Positions 46,354-61,501 of a stretch of DNA of 64,000 nt are shown here, piece by piece (position 1 is the first letter of the stretch; each line of letters opens with the position of its first letter). The notes under the pieces were generated by a model. It was not told the DNA's origin and searched no databases. It was given only the letters and a program-made list of their open reading frames with translations. The position numbers and the translations under genes were made by a program. The stretch is from Schmidtea polychroa (taxonomy: Eukaryota), in contig CM097885.1 in the NCBI GenBank assembly GCA_044892525.1, forward strand, positions 31,622,001 through 31,686,000. Direction: 5' to 3'.

Positions 46354-47872
46354 ATTATACTATGTTGTGATATTATACTATACAGTGTGATATTATACTA
46401 TGTATGCATGTGTGTATCTTGCCCACTATACTTACAATATAATGACTTCCTTCAGAGTCTTTTTTAATAATAATAAATCTTATGTCTACAGTATTCTAAC
46501 AAGGAGAAATAATAGTAAGTCATGAGAAAAAGAAATATCTGAGAACCATTGAGGAGTAGCTTTATTTTGTTAGGAATTGGACACTAAATCGAGAAATGGT
46601 AAAATACTTTTAAATAAGATTTAAAATATTTACGGAGCGGTGTAAGAATTATTATAATTATAAAAGTATGACAGTTATGACACTCTTGTTTACTGAAATT
46701 CTATACACGAATCTTTCAATCAAAATAAAAATTTTAGCTTACTATAACACAAATGAATAAAATGTATCAATGCAAAAGCCAGTGAACTCCAGTAAAAACA
46801 AAATACATTCAACCTCACTCTTTGAAACTAAAATAGATCAAAACCATTAAACCTTTAAAATTATGGTATCGCAAAGGCTACAAAATAAATTTCTGAAATA
46901 GTTTAATGTTTTTACAATATTATACGAAACGTTAAAATGTCACTAGTGTAAAAAGCTTGTTACAATAATGTTAAATTATAAATAATTAAATAAATAATTA
47001 CAATTAATAATCTCAATAATCAATATAATCATGAAATAAGCTGTTAATTTTGAAAGTGTATCAAGTCATTTTTTAAATAATACACTTATTATTTTTTTGA
47101 AACATTTTTTATAAAAATTGTCGGATAATAAATTTTAATAATTTATAACTATATAGAATACTTATTGTTATTTTAAAATTTATCGAAAAGCAAATCTTTA
47201 AATATTTCATTATAACGAAATATGCACTTGAAAAATTACAAATAACCAACTTAAATCTTGATGAATGAAATCGATCTCATTGGTTGAAAATTGAAGAAAT
47301 ATTTGTGTAACCTTGAATTTTAATTATTTTTATTTTTAATTTAATAGTGTTTTGGTTAAAATAGCTTATTGCAATTTTATACTTTTATTATTAATAATTT
47401 GATTCTGAAAAAATTATAAAAGGTTAAATAAAAATTTATCAGAAATTATATTAAATATTAAATTGTAATTAAAATATAAAATTTATTAAATAATTAATTA
47501 AATATAATAAAAATCATTTAAATATCCCATAAAGATAATTTAATTCTCTAAAAAATTTGACTTGAAAAATACTTATATGACAATGGGGAAGGAAAACCTC
47601 ACAAAAATAGATGTAAATAGCTCACTCACTAATAATGTCGCAACATGTTTATGATATTATCAACTAAATTATTCAACATGGATTTTTTACAATCTTTCTT
47701 GTTTTATTAAATGCTGCTTTCCATGCTCGCCGTTAATATGTTGAACGGTTTTTCATTTGCAGTTTATTGATGATGCAAATCGATATTTCTGTGAAAAATT
47801 ATATTTCTTATTTTTCGATCGCTCAATAATATTAGTAAATAAATAATATTTATATAGAAAATGCTTTTTAGC

Positions 47873-47909
<37 letters not shown>

Positions 47910-47969
47910 ATTATTATTAATATTATTATTAATGAATAATAATTCTATGGTTTTCTAATTGTTTTAAGA

Positions 47970-48390
47970 AAAAAAATAGTGTTCAACCTGATAAAATTTC
48001 GAAAATTTCCATAAATTATAAAATTGCGTCTGGCATAAGAATTGTATCAAAATGTATTTTAAATGATGAATATAAGAACAGAATAAATGAAGTCTGGAAT
48101 TTCATTAATCAAGAGGAATCAATAAAGCCATTACATTGTGTAATTTTTATTAGATAATCTGTTAAGTCTCTTCCGTCTAAATCAATTCTACAAATACCCT
48201 CTGGTAGAGCAAATCATTTGTAATTGTGAATAGCATGTGGTACACTATTTCCGAAATTTTAAAAAATGTATTTCTTCCTGGAGCATAAAGCGATAGAATA
48301 ACTTGGATAGCATCATACACAGCAGGAGCATTTAACGTTTCATAAATAATTCACGTCAATTTTTCTCTGTTACTTCTTAAATTAAGTGCT
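47970..48390 (-). pseudogene. Decayed actin fragment inside Elk intron 2
   Basis: Minus strand [39 protein letters not shown] / FGNSVPHAIHNYK*FALPEGICRID / [11 protein letters not shown] aligns to actin [39 protein letters not shown]...[24 protein letters not shown]. Possible ILSG*T remnant near 47985. Confidence 0.85.
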
Positions 48391-48957
48391 TTATTTTTTA
48401 AATTTAAAAAAATTCAGGAAGAATCGATAAAACCCAAACTAACACACAATATCAAAACTCGACTACTCGTATCTGCACTCAGTCAAGAAGATGTGTGCGC
48501 ACACAGATGCGAGTAATCAGAATTAACCACATTGATTGTTACTTTTGTGTTACTTATTATTACATGGTTTAATAAGGAAAACAAAAAACAAATACTTTAT
48601 TGACTGTGACGAAATTAATGCTTTTTTGACTCCATCAAATATTTTGCTAATTCTGTTATTTATTATAATAAGACTGCCAATGAAGAACTCTATCATCCAA
48701 TGAACATTCAAATGATTCTATGAAAACATTTATATTCTGTTTGAATCTTTTTCATGATTTGAATTACATTAGTGCAATGTCACATCTATAAGAACTATCC
48801 GTATTGCTGATCTTAAGTACTATCAACGGACTATATCAGTGACCACAAAAAGATCCAGTTGCTAAAAGTTCTCGTGTTTTGAATGTGCTTTAAATTATCA
48901 GGATGTTAAATCTAGTGTAATTGGTATTTAATTATAGAGGATTTTGAATGATTAAAT

Positions 48958-49109
48958 CAGTGTTACTCAACCCAAAACGTACTGCGGACCAAATATCTAC
49001 CTATTCTTTGTACGCGGACCACTTTTATATTTGTAATACGCTTACGCGGACCAATTTTATTTTTTTGCGGCATAATATTTGGTCGCGGACCAGCGGCTGA
49101 GAAACACTG
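48958..49109. mobile_element. hAT MITE
   Basis: TIRs CAGTGTTACTCA / TGAGAAACACTG; perfect TSD GATTAAAT; internal GCGGACC repeats. Confidence 0.92.
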
Positions 49110-49358
49110 GATTAAATGATTATGTCAAAGTGTAGTTAAAAAATGCATTTTAAATTTTAAATTGTTCAATTTTGAATGTGTTTAAAAATAAGTTTAATGT
49201 TTGGTTTATGATTTTTAAGTTTACTTTTCTTATTTTTTTTGAATAAGCAATTATATATTTTATATAGGTTTTTCTTTCCTATTTGATTATAACAGTAAAC
49301 TTGTCCCAATATATCTAGTGGTTTGTTAATCTTTAAATCAATGCCATGTTTATTTTAT

Positions 49359-49588
49359 TATAATTTATAACATTTACAGAGACCTTTTATATATAAGTTA
49401 TATTTTAATAATCCAAAATTTTTTGTGGGATATTCACCTTAAAACTTTTTTGTTATCAACTATTGATAAGAAACTCTACAACTCTACGAATTGAATTGAA
49501 CGGACCTTGCTTATATGGCATATGATGATTGACATCAAAAGTACAGTTTTGTCTAGTAGAAAGGTCTCTGTAAATGTTATAAATTATA
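49359..49588. mobile_element. MITE-like element with 29-bp perfect terminal inverted repeats
   Basis: TATAATTTATAACATTTACAGAGACCTTT ... AAAGGTCTCTGTAAATGTTATAAATTATA; superfamily unclear. Confidence 0.7.
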
Positions 49589-49923
49589 TAACTTATAATG
49601 TAAAAAGGCACCTCAGAACATGAAGGATTGAGTGTAAAATTATATTGATCGACAGCGATATATTTAATTTAGTTTTCATTCTGACAAAAGACCAAAAATT
49701 AGTTTTAATGCATATAATTAATTTGTGATCTTTTGTGTTAAAAAAAAATGAAATATCAATAAAAAAGAAAACAGACCAAAGGTGACCTAAATAATGAAAG
49801 ATCTTGCTGATGATAGTAAATCATAATTTGTAGAAATGCTGCAGAATAATTTTAAAAATTTTCTCAATTTCTCAAAATAAAACTCCAATAAATATTTGAT
49901 AATTTTGAATTAAATTATTTTAG

Positions 49924-50058
49924 TAGTACCATTTCTATGCCTACTTGATATTGTTCCAATAAAAAATGAAAAAGGACAAGTGGTTCTATTTTTGGCTTCA
50001 CATAAAAATTTAGATAAACCAGAAATCAGTGATGATGATGCTACATCTCTTTTAGACA
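49924..50058 (+). CDS. elk: Elk/Kv12 channel, coding exon 3 (PAC)
   Basis: (L)[49 protein letters not shown] acceptor, GTAAGT donor. Confidence 0.95.
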
Positions 50059-50112
50059 GTAAGTTCACCAATATTTCCGTGAAAACGCTGAGAATTTAAA
50101 TTGTCATTCTAG

Positions 50113-50294
50113 GTTCACTACACAAAACATCGGCACTTTTGCCAACGTCATCGGATAATGAAGATTGTGATTCAGATACCGTCGAAGAGCAGTCTACGGC
50201 TTATAAATATCAAAGAAGGAGAAGCCGAGCCGTACTTTATCAACTTTCCGGGAAATTTGAATCTAAGTCAAAATCGAAATTAAAATTCAGCAAA
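50113..50294 (+). CDS. elk: Elk/Kv12 channel, coding exon 4 (proximal N-terminus)
   Basis: Follows a 54-nt GT-AG intron; in frame; contains the Elk signature YQRRRSRAVLYQLSGKF; GTAAAT donor, phase 0. Confidence 0.93.
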
Positions 50295-50446
50295 GTAAAT
50301 ATTTTTATACATTGAAACAACAATATTAAATATAAATACTAATAACTGGTGAATAGTAATGATTTACAATTTATTTTGTATTTATTGCCTAATATTTCTT
50401 ATCCAAATTCTTGAAATTCGTAATTTTTTAATAAAATAAGATAAAC

Positions 50447-50589
<143 letters not shown>

Positions 50590-50612
50590 TTATCATCATC
50601 ATTATTAATAGA

Positions 50613-50929
50613 TGTCTGATTTCTTGAATTAATCACATCCAAATTTTAAAAATAAAACAAAACTATATTTTTAAAAACAACACAAAATCTTATTTAAACA
50701 ATCTCTGTGTTTAGCTTTGAGAATATTTTTGGAAGCATGAGTTAATAATTGAATAGTGAATATTCGTACTCAAGCATTCAATACATATTTTATATTTTAA
50801 TTTTCAATCATTCTTAAATATATTTAATTTATTATTTTAATTTATAATTTTATTATCCACTTTTATTATATTATTTAAATATATTTAAATCTGGAAATTA
50901 AATATTAATTCTATTTAATTACTTTCACA
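50613..50929 (-). repeat. 3' LTR (TG...CA, 317 bp)
   Basis: Bounded by TG/CA, next to the PPT; first ~120 bp repeated at 56091-56215 (truncated 5' LTR). Confidence 0.8.
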
Positions 50930-52172
50930 TTCCCTCTCTCTACATTAGCCACTCTATGTTTCCTATAAGCCTTTTTCCATTCTCAAATTTTACTTCATAA
51001 CTTCTCTCGTGTATTTAATTTATCACTTCGGCAGGTTCAATATATCGATCATCATCTTTGTTGTTATCATTTCTTTTTACCAGCACTATGTCTCCTACTT
51101 TGAATTTTCTTTCTGTTATTTCGTTAAACCCATATTCTCAACCGACATATTTTTAGACCATTCTTTATATATTCTTTTTCCAAAAACTATTTCACCTGAA
51201 GTTTGTTTTATTGATTTCTGAAATGTAGAATTTAACATAAATTCGACTTTTGGTAATGACTCTACCCAATTTTTGTGATCTATATCTTTTAGAGTGAACG
51301 GAATGGCGTTTCTAATTATTCCGAATTGTCTTTCGATTAGGCCATTTGCTGAATGATGGTACGGGCTTCCTGGGCTCCTTCATTAAATTATCGATACCTT
51401 TGCTCTCAAATGCTTTACCCCTGTCACAATGTAGAAATCTCGGCTCAACAAATTTTAAAATCCAATTATTTCTTAAAATTGTTGTAACGGTTTTTTCGAC
51501 TTGTGATTTCATTGCGTGTAGTGCCAAATATTTACTAAAACTATCGATAATTCCTACGATATATCTCATTCCATACTAATTTTGTTTTAGTGGACCACAA
51601 AAATCTATAAATATTGTTTCAAATAAACCTGGTTCTGGCATTTTTCTCCCTAGTCCGTGTTGTTGTAGTTTTCCTCTTTTGACAATTTTCACAACTTTGA
51701 ACCACGTCTTGTATCGTTCGTTTCATGTGTCTCATTGAAATATTATTTGACACATATTTCTCAATTTTCATTGATTCAGCATGGCACAGTTTCTTATGAT
51801 ACTTTTTAATGAATTCAATTCTTTTATCATTCGGAATCCATATTTTATTGTTTTCTGTCAATATTAGTCCATTCTTTATTTGTTTTTTGATTTCTGTAAT
51901 TTCTTTTGAATTCCTTTGCCAATTCACTTCTTGACAATGCATCGGTATTGGAATGCTCTTCTCCTTTTCTAAATTGATATTCTATTTTCAAACTACTTAA
52001 ATAATTTATCCATGTCTGGAATTGTGGAGTGATAGGTTTTCTTTCTTCATCATATATGTTATGGCTTTATGATCCGTACGTAGTATAAATCTTTCCCATA
52101 AAGGTAATGTTTAAAATGATTTGTGAAATAATATATTGCTAAAAGTTCTTTTCTTGTTATGCAATAACCCAC

Positions 52173-54260
52173 GGCTACTATTTAATGGGCCAGTATTTTA
52201 AATTAAATGGTCAATATTTTTATTCTGATATATCAGTATTTTAAATAAATGATCAGTATATTATTTAATTGTTCAGTAGAAAAAATTAATTGTTAGTATT
52301 TTTAGATTAAGTATATTTTTTATCAGTATATTTAATGAATTTTCAGTTTTAATATAATTTTGTCAGTATAATTAATAAATTATCAGTATTTAAATTAAAT
52401 TATAAGTCGAAAAATTAAATCATCAGTTATTTAAATTGAATATATAAACCATTAATTGATTTTTAAGAATTAAATTAAATTATTTTTTTAATCGAATTGT
52501 TTAAAATAAGTAAAAAAAATAATTTTATCAAAATAAAATTGAATTGTTAGTCATCCAAAATATATTTGAATTTAAATTAAACTTTTAAAATTTAATATTA
52601 AAAAACCTTTCAAATATGGCAGAAAACACATTAGCACCATATTTCTCCGAATCAGAAACTGAATCGATTATACCAAACGTTTCCCAACAACCTATAAAAA
52701 CGAAAAGACAACGAAATTGGAAAGAGGAAAAGATTTGTGCCAGCAAAGCCGAAGCCTTGATTTTAATTAATAAAGAACAAAAACAAAACAAACGATGAAA
52801 AAATAATCTATTATAGATGTAACAAAGCTCAGAGAATAGATGAACAATGTCCAGCTGGCATACACATTTATGTTCCAAATGATCGTGAGGAAGTTGTGGT
52901 TTATCGAACTGAAGAAGAACACGAACATGCTAATGTTGTTAAAAGTTATCGCCTTTCAGGTGAAATCAAACAAGAAATAAAATAACTTTTTGATTTAAAT
53001 CAAAAGCCGAAAATAATTCTCAAGGAACTAAGAAAAAAAATTTAATATTAAAAACAAGTATCAATTGGGGAATTATTTAACTCAACTAAGAAATGTAGGA
53101 AATGAACAAACAAAAATAAGCCTCAGCGAAATAGAAAGATGGTGTCAAGATTACATCAATATATCAGATTCAGAAGATGAGCCATATGTTGTGGCATATT
53201 GTATTCATTTTGGCGACGAAGATGACGAAGATGAAGATGCATCTAAATTCAGAATATTTATTTCAACTAAATACCTACTGAAATTAGCAAGTAAAACAAA
53301 CAATATTCATGCTGATGGAACATACAAGTAAATTTGGGAAGGAATGCCAGTTTTAATCATTGGAAATAGTGATATGGACCGTCATTTTCACCCGTTTGGA
53401 ATATATATTTGCTCTAATGAAAAACGATTTCAAATTTATGTTTAAATCATTATTGGATGGCTTAACAAAATTAGGCGAAAGTTGTCAGATTAAATTGTTA
53501 ATTTCGGATGCTGCAGCTGCTATACAAAACGCTTTTACTCAAGTTTTTGGAAATAACAAAGTTTTAATAATGTGTTTGGCTCACATGAGACGCAATATTG
53601 ATCATAACTTACATTTACTTGAGTATATAAAGGCGACGTTTTAAATGATATCGACACAATTTAAATTATTAGCAACTTCGAAATATTTGAAAAAGCAAAA
53701 CACCTATTTATAAAAGAATGGAAGCCTAAGAAGCAAAAATGTTTTGTTGATTACATGACACAAATGTGGTTTGGTACTCATCAAAATTGGTATGAAGGAG
53801 CAGCTGAGTTTACACCATCCACAAACAATGCATTAGAATCATTTAATCTAGTAATCAAGAAAGAAGATACATTAAGTCTATCTTTAGCGAGGTTTTTGAA
53901 TTTATGTTTGGAATCAACAAAATTGGTCGACTGAATATTTTCATGGTGATAGAAAGTTTATGATTGAAACTTCAATTAATTTAAAAGCTTTGACAGAGAG
54001 TTATAACTGGGCGAAAGGCAATAAAGAAATTTCATCAAACAATTGTGAAGATACAGTTGAGTATTACCGTCCAGCTGGGGATGAAATCAAAATATCAAAT
54101 AAAGAAATACTTAATATCAAGCAAATGCGTTGGAATAATTATGAACAATTCAAAAAAAGAGCTTTTAGTGCTTGGATCGTGCAAATGCCAAAGAATATCG
54201 AAGAATGAAAAAAATGAAAATGTTCTTGTCCAAGTTTTCCAATTATACATGCAAACATCT
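52173..54260 (+). mobile_element. MULE (Mutator-like) transposon with transposase pseudogene, 3'-truncated, nested in the Gypsy element
   Basis: IHADGTYK..GMPVLII..DMDRHFHPFG; LISDAAAAIQNAF..MCLAHMRRN; WYEG...STNNALESFN; SWIM-like CSCP..YTCKH. The left end has an array of TCAGTAT subterminal repeats. Confidence 0.9.
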
Positions 54261-57200
54261 TAATTTTTCCATTTCTTTTATATTTTCATCAATATTTCCA
54301 ATAAAATGGGCTGGCAGTCGCTTTGGATTTATCACAATAGGTCTTCCTGAAGTTAAAATTTCATGCGTTATTAAATTTGTCTTACCCACATCTCATTTGT
54401 GTTTCATAAAAATTGACTCAAATTTTCTGCATAGCTCTCTAACATTACCATCTTTACATTTTTTATTCTTTTACGTTTTTTATTCCAGCAATAGTTACTT
54501 CGTCATTTAATAAACTATCCTTCATCTTTAACATTATGTCGAATTTTCTCAAGAAGTCTATTCCTCCAATTACCTTTGGTGAAATCTCTTTGGCCACAAT
54601 AAATTCAATTATTCTCGTCTCTTTCGTTTCCACTCTTTAAACTTCAATATTTATCTTTTTTACTATAGATACCGGTGACTCATTTGCGCATCTCAATTTA
54701 ACATAACATTTTTTTAAATTAAACTTTCCTATCTTTTCTAATACACTTTCATCAATCACACTGATCTTTGCTCATGTGTCTAATAAACAGCATACTTCGT
54801 TCTCATTGATCAATAATGTGACACTTGGTCTACCATTTAATTATATTATTATTATAATTTATATCATTAATATTACAAACACGCTCTACAACATTTCCAA
54901 AATCATCTAACCTCAATCCATTATTATACCAATCACTATAAATATCTGCATTGGAAACGCATTTACAATTATCATCATTACTTATATATTCATATTTCTC
55001 ATTATTTAATACATGCAAACAATCATCATACAAACAGTCATCACACAGTTCCCCATTCAACATATAACTCATACTTACTGCAGTGCTCCGATCACCTCCT
55101 CTCGTGATGGAGAATATCTATTTGGGTATTGATTTTCATGTTCTTCTTCTTCTTCCATTGCCGCAACTGGTTTCTGATATTGTCGGTTTTGAAATTTCTG
55201 CCATTTCCTTAGAATTTTCCCCGTATGTTTTCTTGTTCATTTTTTCTTACATCTCTGAAATTGTTTTTTAATTGGAAACACTGGTGTTTGAAATGTCCGG
55301 CTCTGTGACAATGATAACATTTAACTATCGGACATTCTGCTCTTCTATGGCCTTCTTCATGCCATGCCCAGCATCTGAACTTTGGTCTATTGTTTCTTTG
55401 GAATTCTTGATTATTAAAATTAAATTGTTTGTTCGGATATTCTCGATTCTGTTTTCGCTCGCTGAACGTATCTCTTCTAGGCATATCGTTATATCTGTGT
55501 AATATTGGTCTTACTGGAATATTTACAGCCTTTTTTTACTATATCTGCGTATCTCGTTTCAGTTCCCGCAACTGCCATCGAGTCACTGTTTCCATTTAAT
55601 TCTTTAATTACTTTTTCGTGTTTTTTAATTCACTTTTTCATTTCGTTAATTGATTTATATTCATTTAATCTCAAATCTTTTTTTCAAATCTTGGTCTCCC
55701 ACTGCATTGAATATGAGAAAATTTTGAAGTTTTTCTTCATTTAACTCATTTTTCAGAATTCGTTTTGATAACTTCTCAATTTTTTCGCAGAAATCATCAG
55801 CGGAATCATGTCCTTGTCTATAATCTAGCAATTCACTTAAGTCTTCCATCAGATTCATTGGTTTTATGAAGGCTTCTCTCAGTCTATCCGTATAATTTTG
55901 TTTCTTGTCGGTTGAATCATATTTCTTAATAACATCTGTTGATAAAAAAGCTTTGACATTTGAAATCCTCAGCTATCGACATTAATTCGAAAAATCTTTC
56001 GGTTTCCTTGAAGAAATATTCAACATCGGTTCTCATCTCGAAATTTTCCCGTGCTTTGGTAAAATTGGCCATTGTGGTCGCCATATTAAATGTTTGATTT
56101 CTTGAATTAATTATATCCATATTTTAAAAACAAAACCAAAACTATATTTTTAAAAACCACACAAAATCTCTCTTATTTTAAAAATTTCTGATTTTAGCTT
56201 TGAAGATATTTTTGCAGCAAAATACGGTATTTAAAATATGAATTTTATAATTGTACAATTTAAATAATAGTATGATCTTTGTTCAAACACTTAAAAAGGC
56301 AATGCTGAAAAGTATATAATAAAATAATTGGGATAATGACAATTTTAATACGTCAAGAAAACCGAAGAGAAGTCATAGAAAATCCAAATGTTTATAAAAT
56401 AATAGAAAACACTTAATTAAAACAAAACTTTTATTATTATTCGACTTAAATTATGTTTAATAATTCAATTCATGAGATAAAATGCAAAAGTAGGAATTTT
56501 ATATAATTATTATATAATTAAATGAAAAATTAAATGTTACATAGAATTATATATATTATAGAAATATATACAAAAAATTTAAAAATATATATAAAATTAT
56601 ATAATTCTTCTTTAATGCTAAAACAACGAAAACCGTTATGAAATACATAATTTATTTTGAGTCTTTTAATGTATTTATAATTTTATAATGTAACATATAA
56701 CTTACAGGACTTTGTTTTTATGACACTATACTAGTCTATATTTAACTAACTATTTACACATAAAATTATTTTGAATACGTTCAAAATGCACAATTAATAT
56801 TTTAAAATCAGCAGTTTGTTTATTTAAACATGCATTTTTTTTAATAAAAATAAATAAAAAGACATTGTATCGAAATAAGGAACGACAGAAAGATATAAAT
56901 TAAAGTTTTACTAACAACACAACAGGGAAAGATGAATGTAAGGAATGTGAATACATTTTATTCATTATGTCAAAAACACCTGTCTGTGAAATTATTTTAT
57001 ATTTTTACTTATAAAAATATTCTTTACTTGAAACAGAACCTTTATATCAGTTTTGTCATGATTTTCCTTGTGTAATCTAAATTACAAATAAATAATATAA
57101 AATTTGTTCTATGTATGAAAATACGAGGAAACATCAAAAGATTAATGAAATTTTATTTCGAAAATTTGACTTTAGATATATAAATATCCATTAGTTAAAA

Positions 57201-57539
57201 ATTAGAATTCGCTTGATTATTTGACATGAGATATACTGAGAACTGAGGTTAATTAAATTAAAAATCAAATTAATTTTATTCCAATTCAATGTAGATATAA
57301 TTTATTAAAGAGGATTAAAATCAAAGTTCTGAATCAAATTCAGTTCTCATTATCATCATTATCATTAATCTAAAATCTGTCAATCGTATTTCTTAAAGAG
57401 ATTATTAATAAATTAAGTAATTACTGCTCTATCAACTCTTTTTCTTGGACTTTTAAACTTGAAAATTATATTTTCCAACAAAATTTATTAATTTCAAAAA
57501 TTAATAGAAAATACATATTCAAATTAAATTATCTATTAA

Positions 57540-57868
<329 letters not shown>

Positions 57869-60478
57869 AAGAATTTTCAATTCTGAATTAATCTTTTTCA
57901 ATCCATTCCGAAACTTACTATTACAATTCTTACTCATTTATTATAAATCTTTCATAATATGATTCTATTAAGAGACTATTATGTATCTAATAATAATAAG
58001 GATAATAAAAATAAAAATATTAATATTTTATTATTATGTTATTTTTAAAAGTGAAAAACAAAAATAATGTTTTTTAAATTTTTAAACAAAAAAAATTACT
58101 ATTCTTTGCAAATGACATTTTAATAAAAGAATATTAAAACAAATATTATTAATGTGTATATCAAGAAATAATTATCTCTTTGTCACTGCACGCGATCGGA
58201 AAGGAAAATTTTAATTTGATTTGGTTATCGTTTAGAAATTTGGTACAATGAGTTGTCATTTTATATATGTAAGTGAAATGAGGAAATTTTCTGTGCGCAT
58301 GAATCTTTGGGATTTTTATGAGCGGTTTCCATATTATTATGAACAAAATGATATTTATCTCTCTTTGAATGGTAACAATTAATAATTATATGCTTTTATG
58401 TAGTCCTATACTGTGGTATATGTACAAGAAGCTTTTTGAGTTCAGCTGAGTTTCCTTTAAAAATGCGTTGGAACAGTTGTGGAGTGCGTGAATAAAATGA
58501 TGTGCTTGTAGGTCACTGTAGTACACGAACTTGTGCGATTAAAATTAAAAATAATAACAAGATAACCATTGAAAATTAAAACTTTTATTTAAACTACTTA
58601 AAATATCTAATAATCTCATATATAACTTTATAATAATTTTTATTTTGTAATTTTTAGTTTTTCTGTTTGTCAAATCCTTTAATCAGTTTCAAAGTTTTTA
58701 TTTCTTTTTAATTAATTTCTAATAATTTATGGAGTACTTATGATGTTCACACTTCCTATCTATCATTAACTTATTACATTAATTTTAGTGGGAAGTATAC
58801 GAAAATAATTAACACAAAAACATGCAGTAAAAATGTAGAAATAAAGCATAAGGACAAAATAGCACGAGACAAGATAGGGGTAATTATTCATTAAATGATA
58901 TTATTAGGTTTAAAAATTTGCATTGTACGTGATATTTTCCCAATTAAAATAGACGTCTAACAAGATATGAGTAGGGATATATGCATTGGAGAGCATTCAA
59001 TAAAACTTAACATTGTACATAAACGAATTTACCTTCAAAAATAGATGTACAGTCTCATTGCACATTATAAAATCACTGGGGAACAACAGAAAAAAGTGCT
59101 AAATATAATTAAGTAGGATTGGTGTTAGAAAAGGTTCATAATTATTTGAAAATATATGATTTCGAGTTCAAACGTATTCTTGGAATCTTGATATCAAAAG
59201 GATTTAAATGCAAGGATGTTTTGTACATGTTTTGTGGAATGGTTTTCATCGTCTCTTCTAGCGTTATTTTGTTACTTGCTATTGTGATGTGTCACCCAAA
59301 TTTTTTCATTTTTTTAAATAATTGAAATTTTATTAAATTGTTTGTTAAAATGACTGGACTCACAAAATACCGGGTGCTGTGAACAAGTTTTGCATGTCTT
59401 TACATACATCATTATCAGTTATTTTATTGCAATGTTCTAATTCAATAAGCTGCAGCACCGAAAAGGAAATACCATTTACTGTAAAATATTTACGTGTTCT
59501 AGGAGGTCAATAAATACGCTATTTATTCAATGGGAAATAGAGGTTCACTATATAAAAACCATAATTCATGAATTTTAAAGAAATTGTTATTTATTTTGTT
59601 TAATTGTCTCTTTTTATTGTTTATATTTTTTTGTTTGAATATTTGCATTGTGAAAAAATATAATACCTAAAATAATAGTAGTTATGATAACCCTATCTTT
59701 GCTATTTCTAGGCCAAATTATTGTTATCAAATTATAAAGTGAAATAAAATTTAACAGGTCTATTTTTAAAATATTGCATTTACAAAAATAAAAAGTTATA
59801 ACAATTAGAGAATTTGAATAAATTATGCATAATTTAGTTTTTCTATTGTTTTGGTAATTTGTATTTTCTATACCTTTTTCTCATTACTACTGCACATTTT
59901 CTTTGAAACTCTTAGAGTATAAATTGGAGTAAATTTGTAAACATCAAGAAAGCCTTAGAACTGGTAGTGTCCAAATATGTTGATGAGAGAAATATTTGTG
60001 AATTCTAAGACGAATTGTGTCCTAATTTGACAAGAAACATAATTTAAGACAATTCTTAGAATTTTGACATGATACTTTTAGAAGATGTTAGATAGATGCA
60101 AATTGTAGATTGACAGTTCGTAACTAAATTTGAAACAAAATAATTAAATGTTATTAAAACAAATAAAGGGATTTCCAAAATGAATAAATAATGTTACAAA
60201 ATTCTATATTTTATTAAAATTTTAATGGATAAAAATTTTATTTGAATGTTTCAATATTACAATTTTTTGTTATAAATGAAACCACTGAAGCTAAAAATAT
60301 ATTTTCATTAGTTTGCATGCAAATATTGTTAAAATGTTATTGAAATTTAGAAAATATAATAAACAAAACTGATTTTGTTTTGTGACATTCATCAAATTGG
60401 TTAAAATGAATTCAAGATATTTAAAATGATTTCAAAAATTATAAATATTTGATAATATATTGTTACAAATATTTTTAC

Positions 60479-60517
<39 letters not shown>

Positions 60518-61345
60518 CAAAATATGATTTTTGTTTTAATTTACTTAATTTATAAATATTTTATTATGTGAATCATAATATAAATTTCTAATTTTTAAAC
60601 CAGGCTTTTATTCAGATTTTATAATTATTTAATTAGAATTTGCTTTAATTAACATTCGAACGTGATAAATTATATTTTGTGAATTATGTTTTCTTTTTAA
60701 TATTTTGTTTTTCTTTTTGATAAACTTTTGTCATAAATCACGTGAAATAAATTTTTTTTGTATCTTTATTTTTAAATTTCACTTTTAAATCATTATTTTT
60801 TTTAAATAATTTTTATTTTGATTTATTTAGTATTTTTACATTTTATTAGGTTTTCTACTTTATTCTTATCACACAAATACACTCACATAATTAGTATATG
60901 GTGTTAAATACTATGACAAGAATTTCTGATAAAGAAATTTTATTGTTCAATTGGGACACCAGTTTGAATGGACATTCTTAGAAAATAAGCTTTTAACAAT
61001 TCGTGAAATTTATTACCTCAAATGTGAAGAATAATGGAATAAAGCAGATCTCATTCATTTCATCTGTCATTCATGTATATTTGAGACAACTACTGGTACA
61101 ACATTGTGCTGTGACAAAGTTAGAAAGCGAAACCAGAATTGAAAACATTATAATGCTGGAGACAGTATGAAAAAACTTTGAAGACTGATAAAATCTCAAT
61201 AAAACATTTATTTAAAAGAAGGCGAAATGTTTTTGAAAAAACTCTAAATTTGCAAATATATTTAACTTATATTTGAATCCTGAGAATATTTTTGCAAATT
61301 CCAGCATTTTCAGCAAAATTATTTATTTTCTTCTTCTTCTTCTCC

Positions 61346-61499
<154 letters not shown>

Positions 61500-61501
61500 A
61501 G

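Larger units (their letters stand above)
50613..56215 (-). mobile_element. Decayed Ty3/Gypsy LTR retrotransposon (gag with two CCHC knuckles, protease, RT start, RNase H, integrase; RT core missing)
   Basis: Direct repeats at 50613 and 56091; PBS-like TGGCGACC at 56076-56083; PPT AGAGAGAGGGAA next to 50929; CWAWHEEGHRRAEC and CYHCHRAGHFKHQC; LLDT*A; YCITRKELLAI...RTDHKAI; HKKLCH..CENC; IIDSFSKY..LHCDRGKAF. Confidence 0.93.

Noticed and set aside
46289..46501. Solo LTR (TG...CA with short tandem repeats and AATAAA)
   Set aside because: No matching TSD and no second copy in the window.
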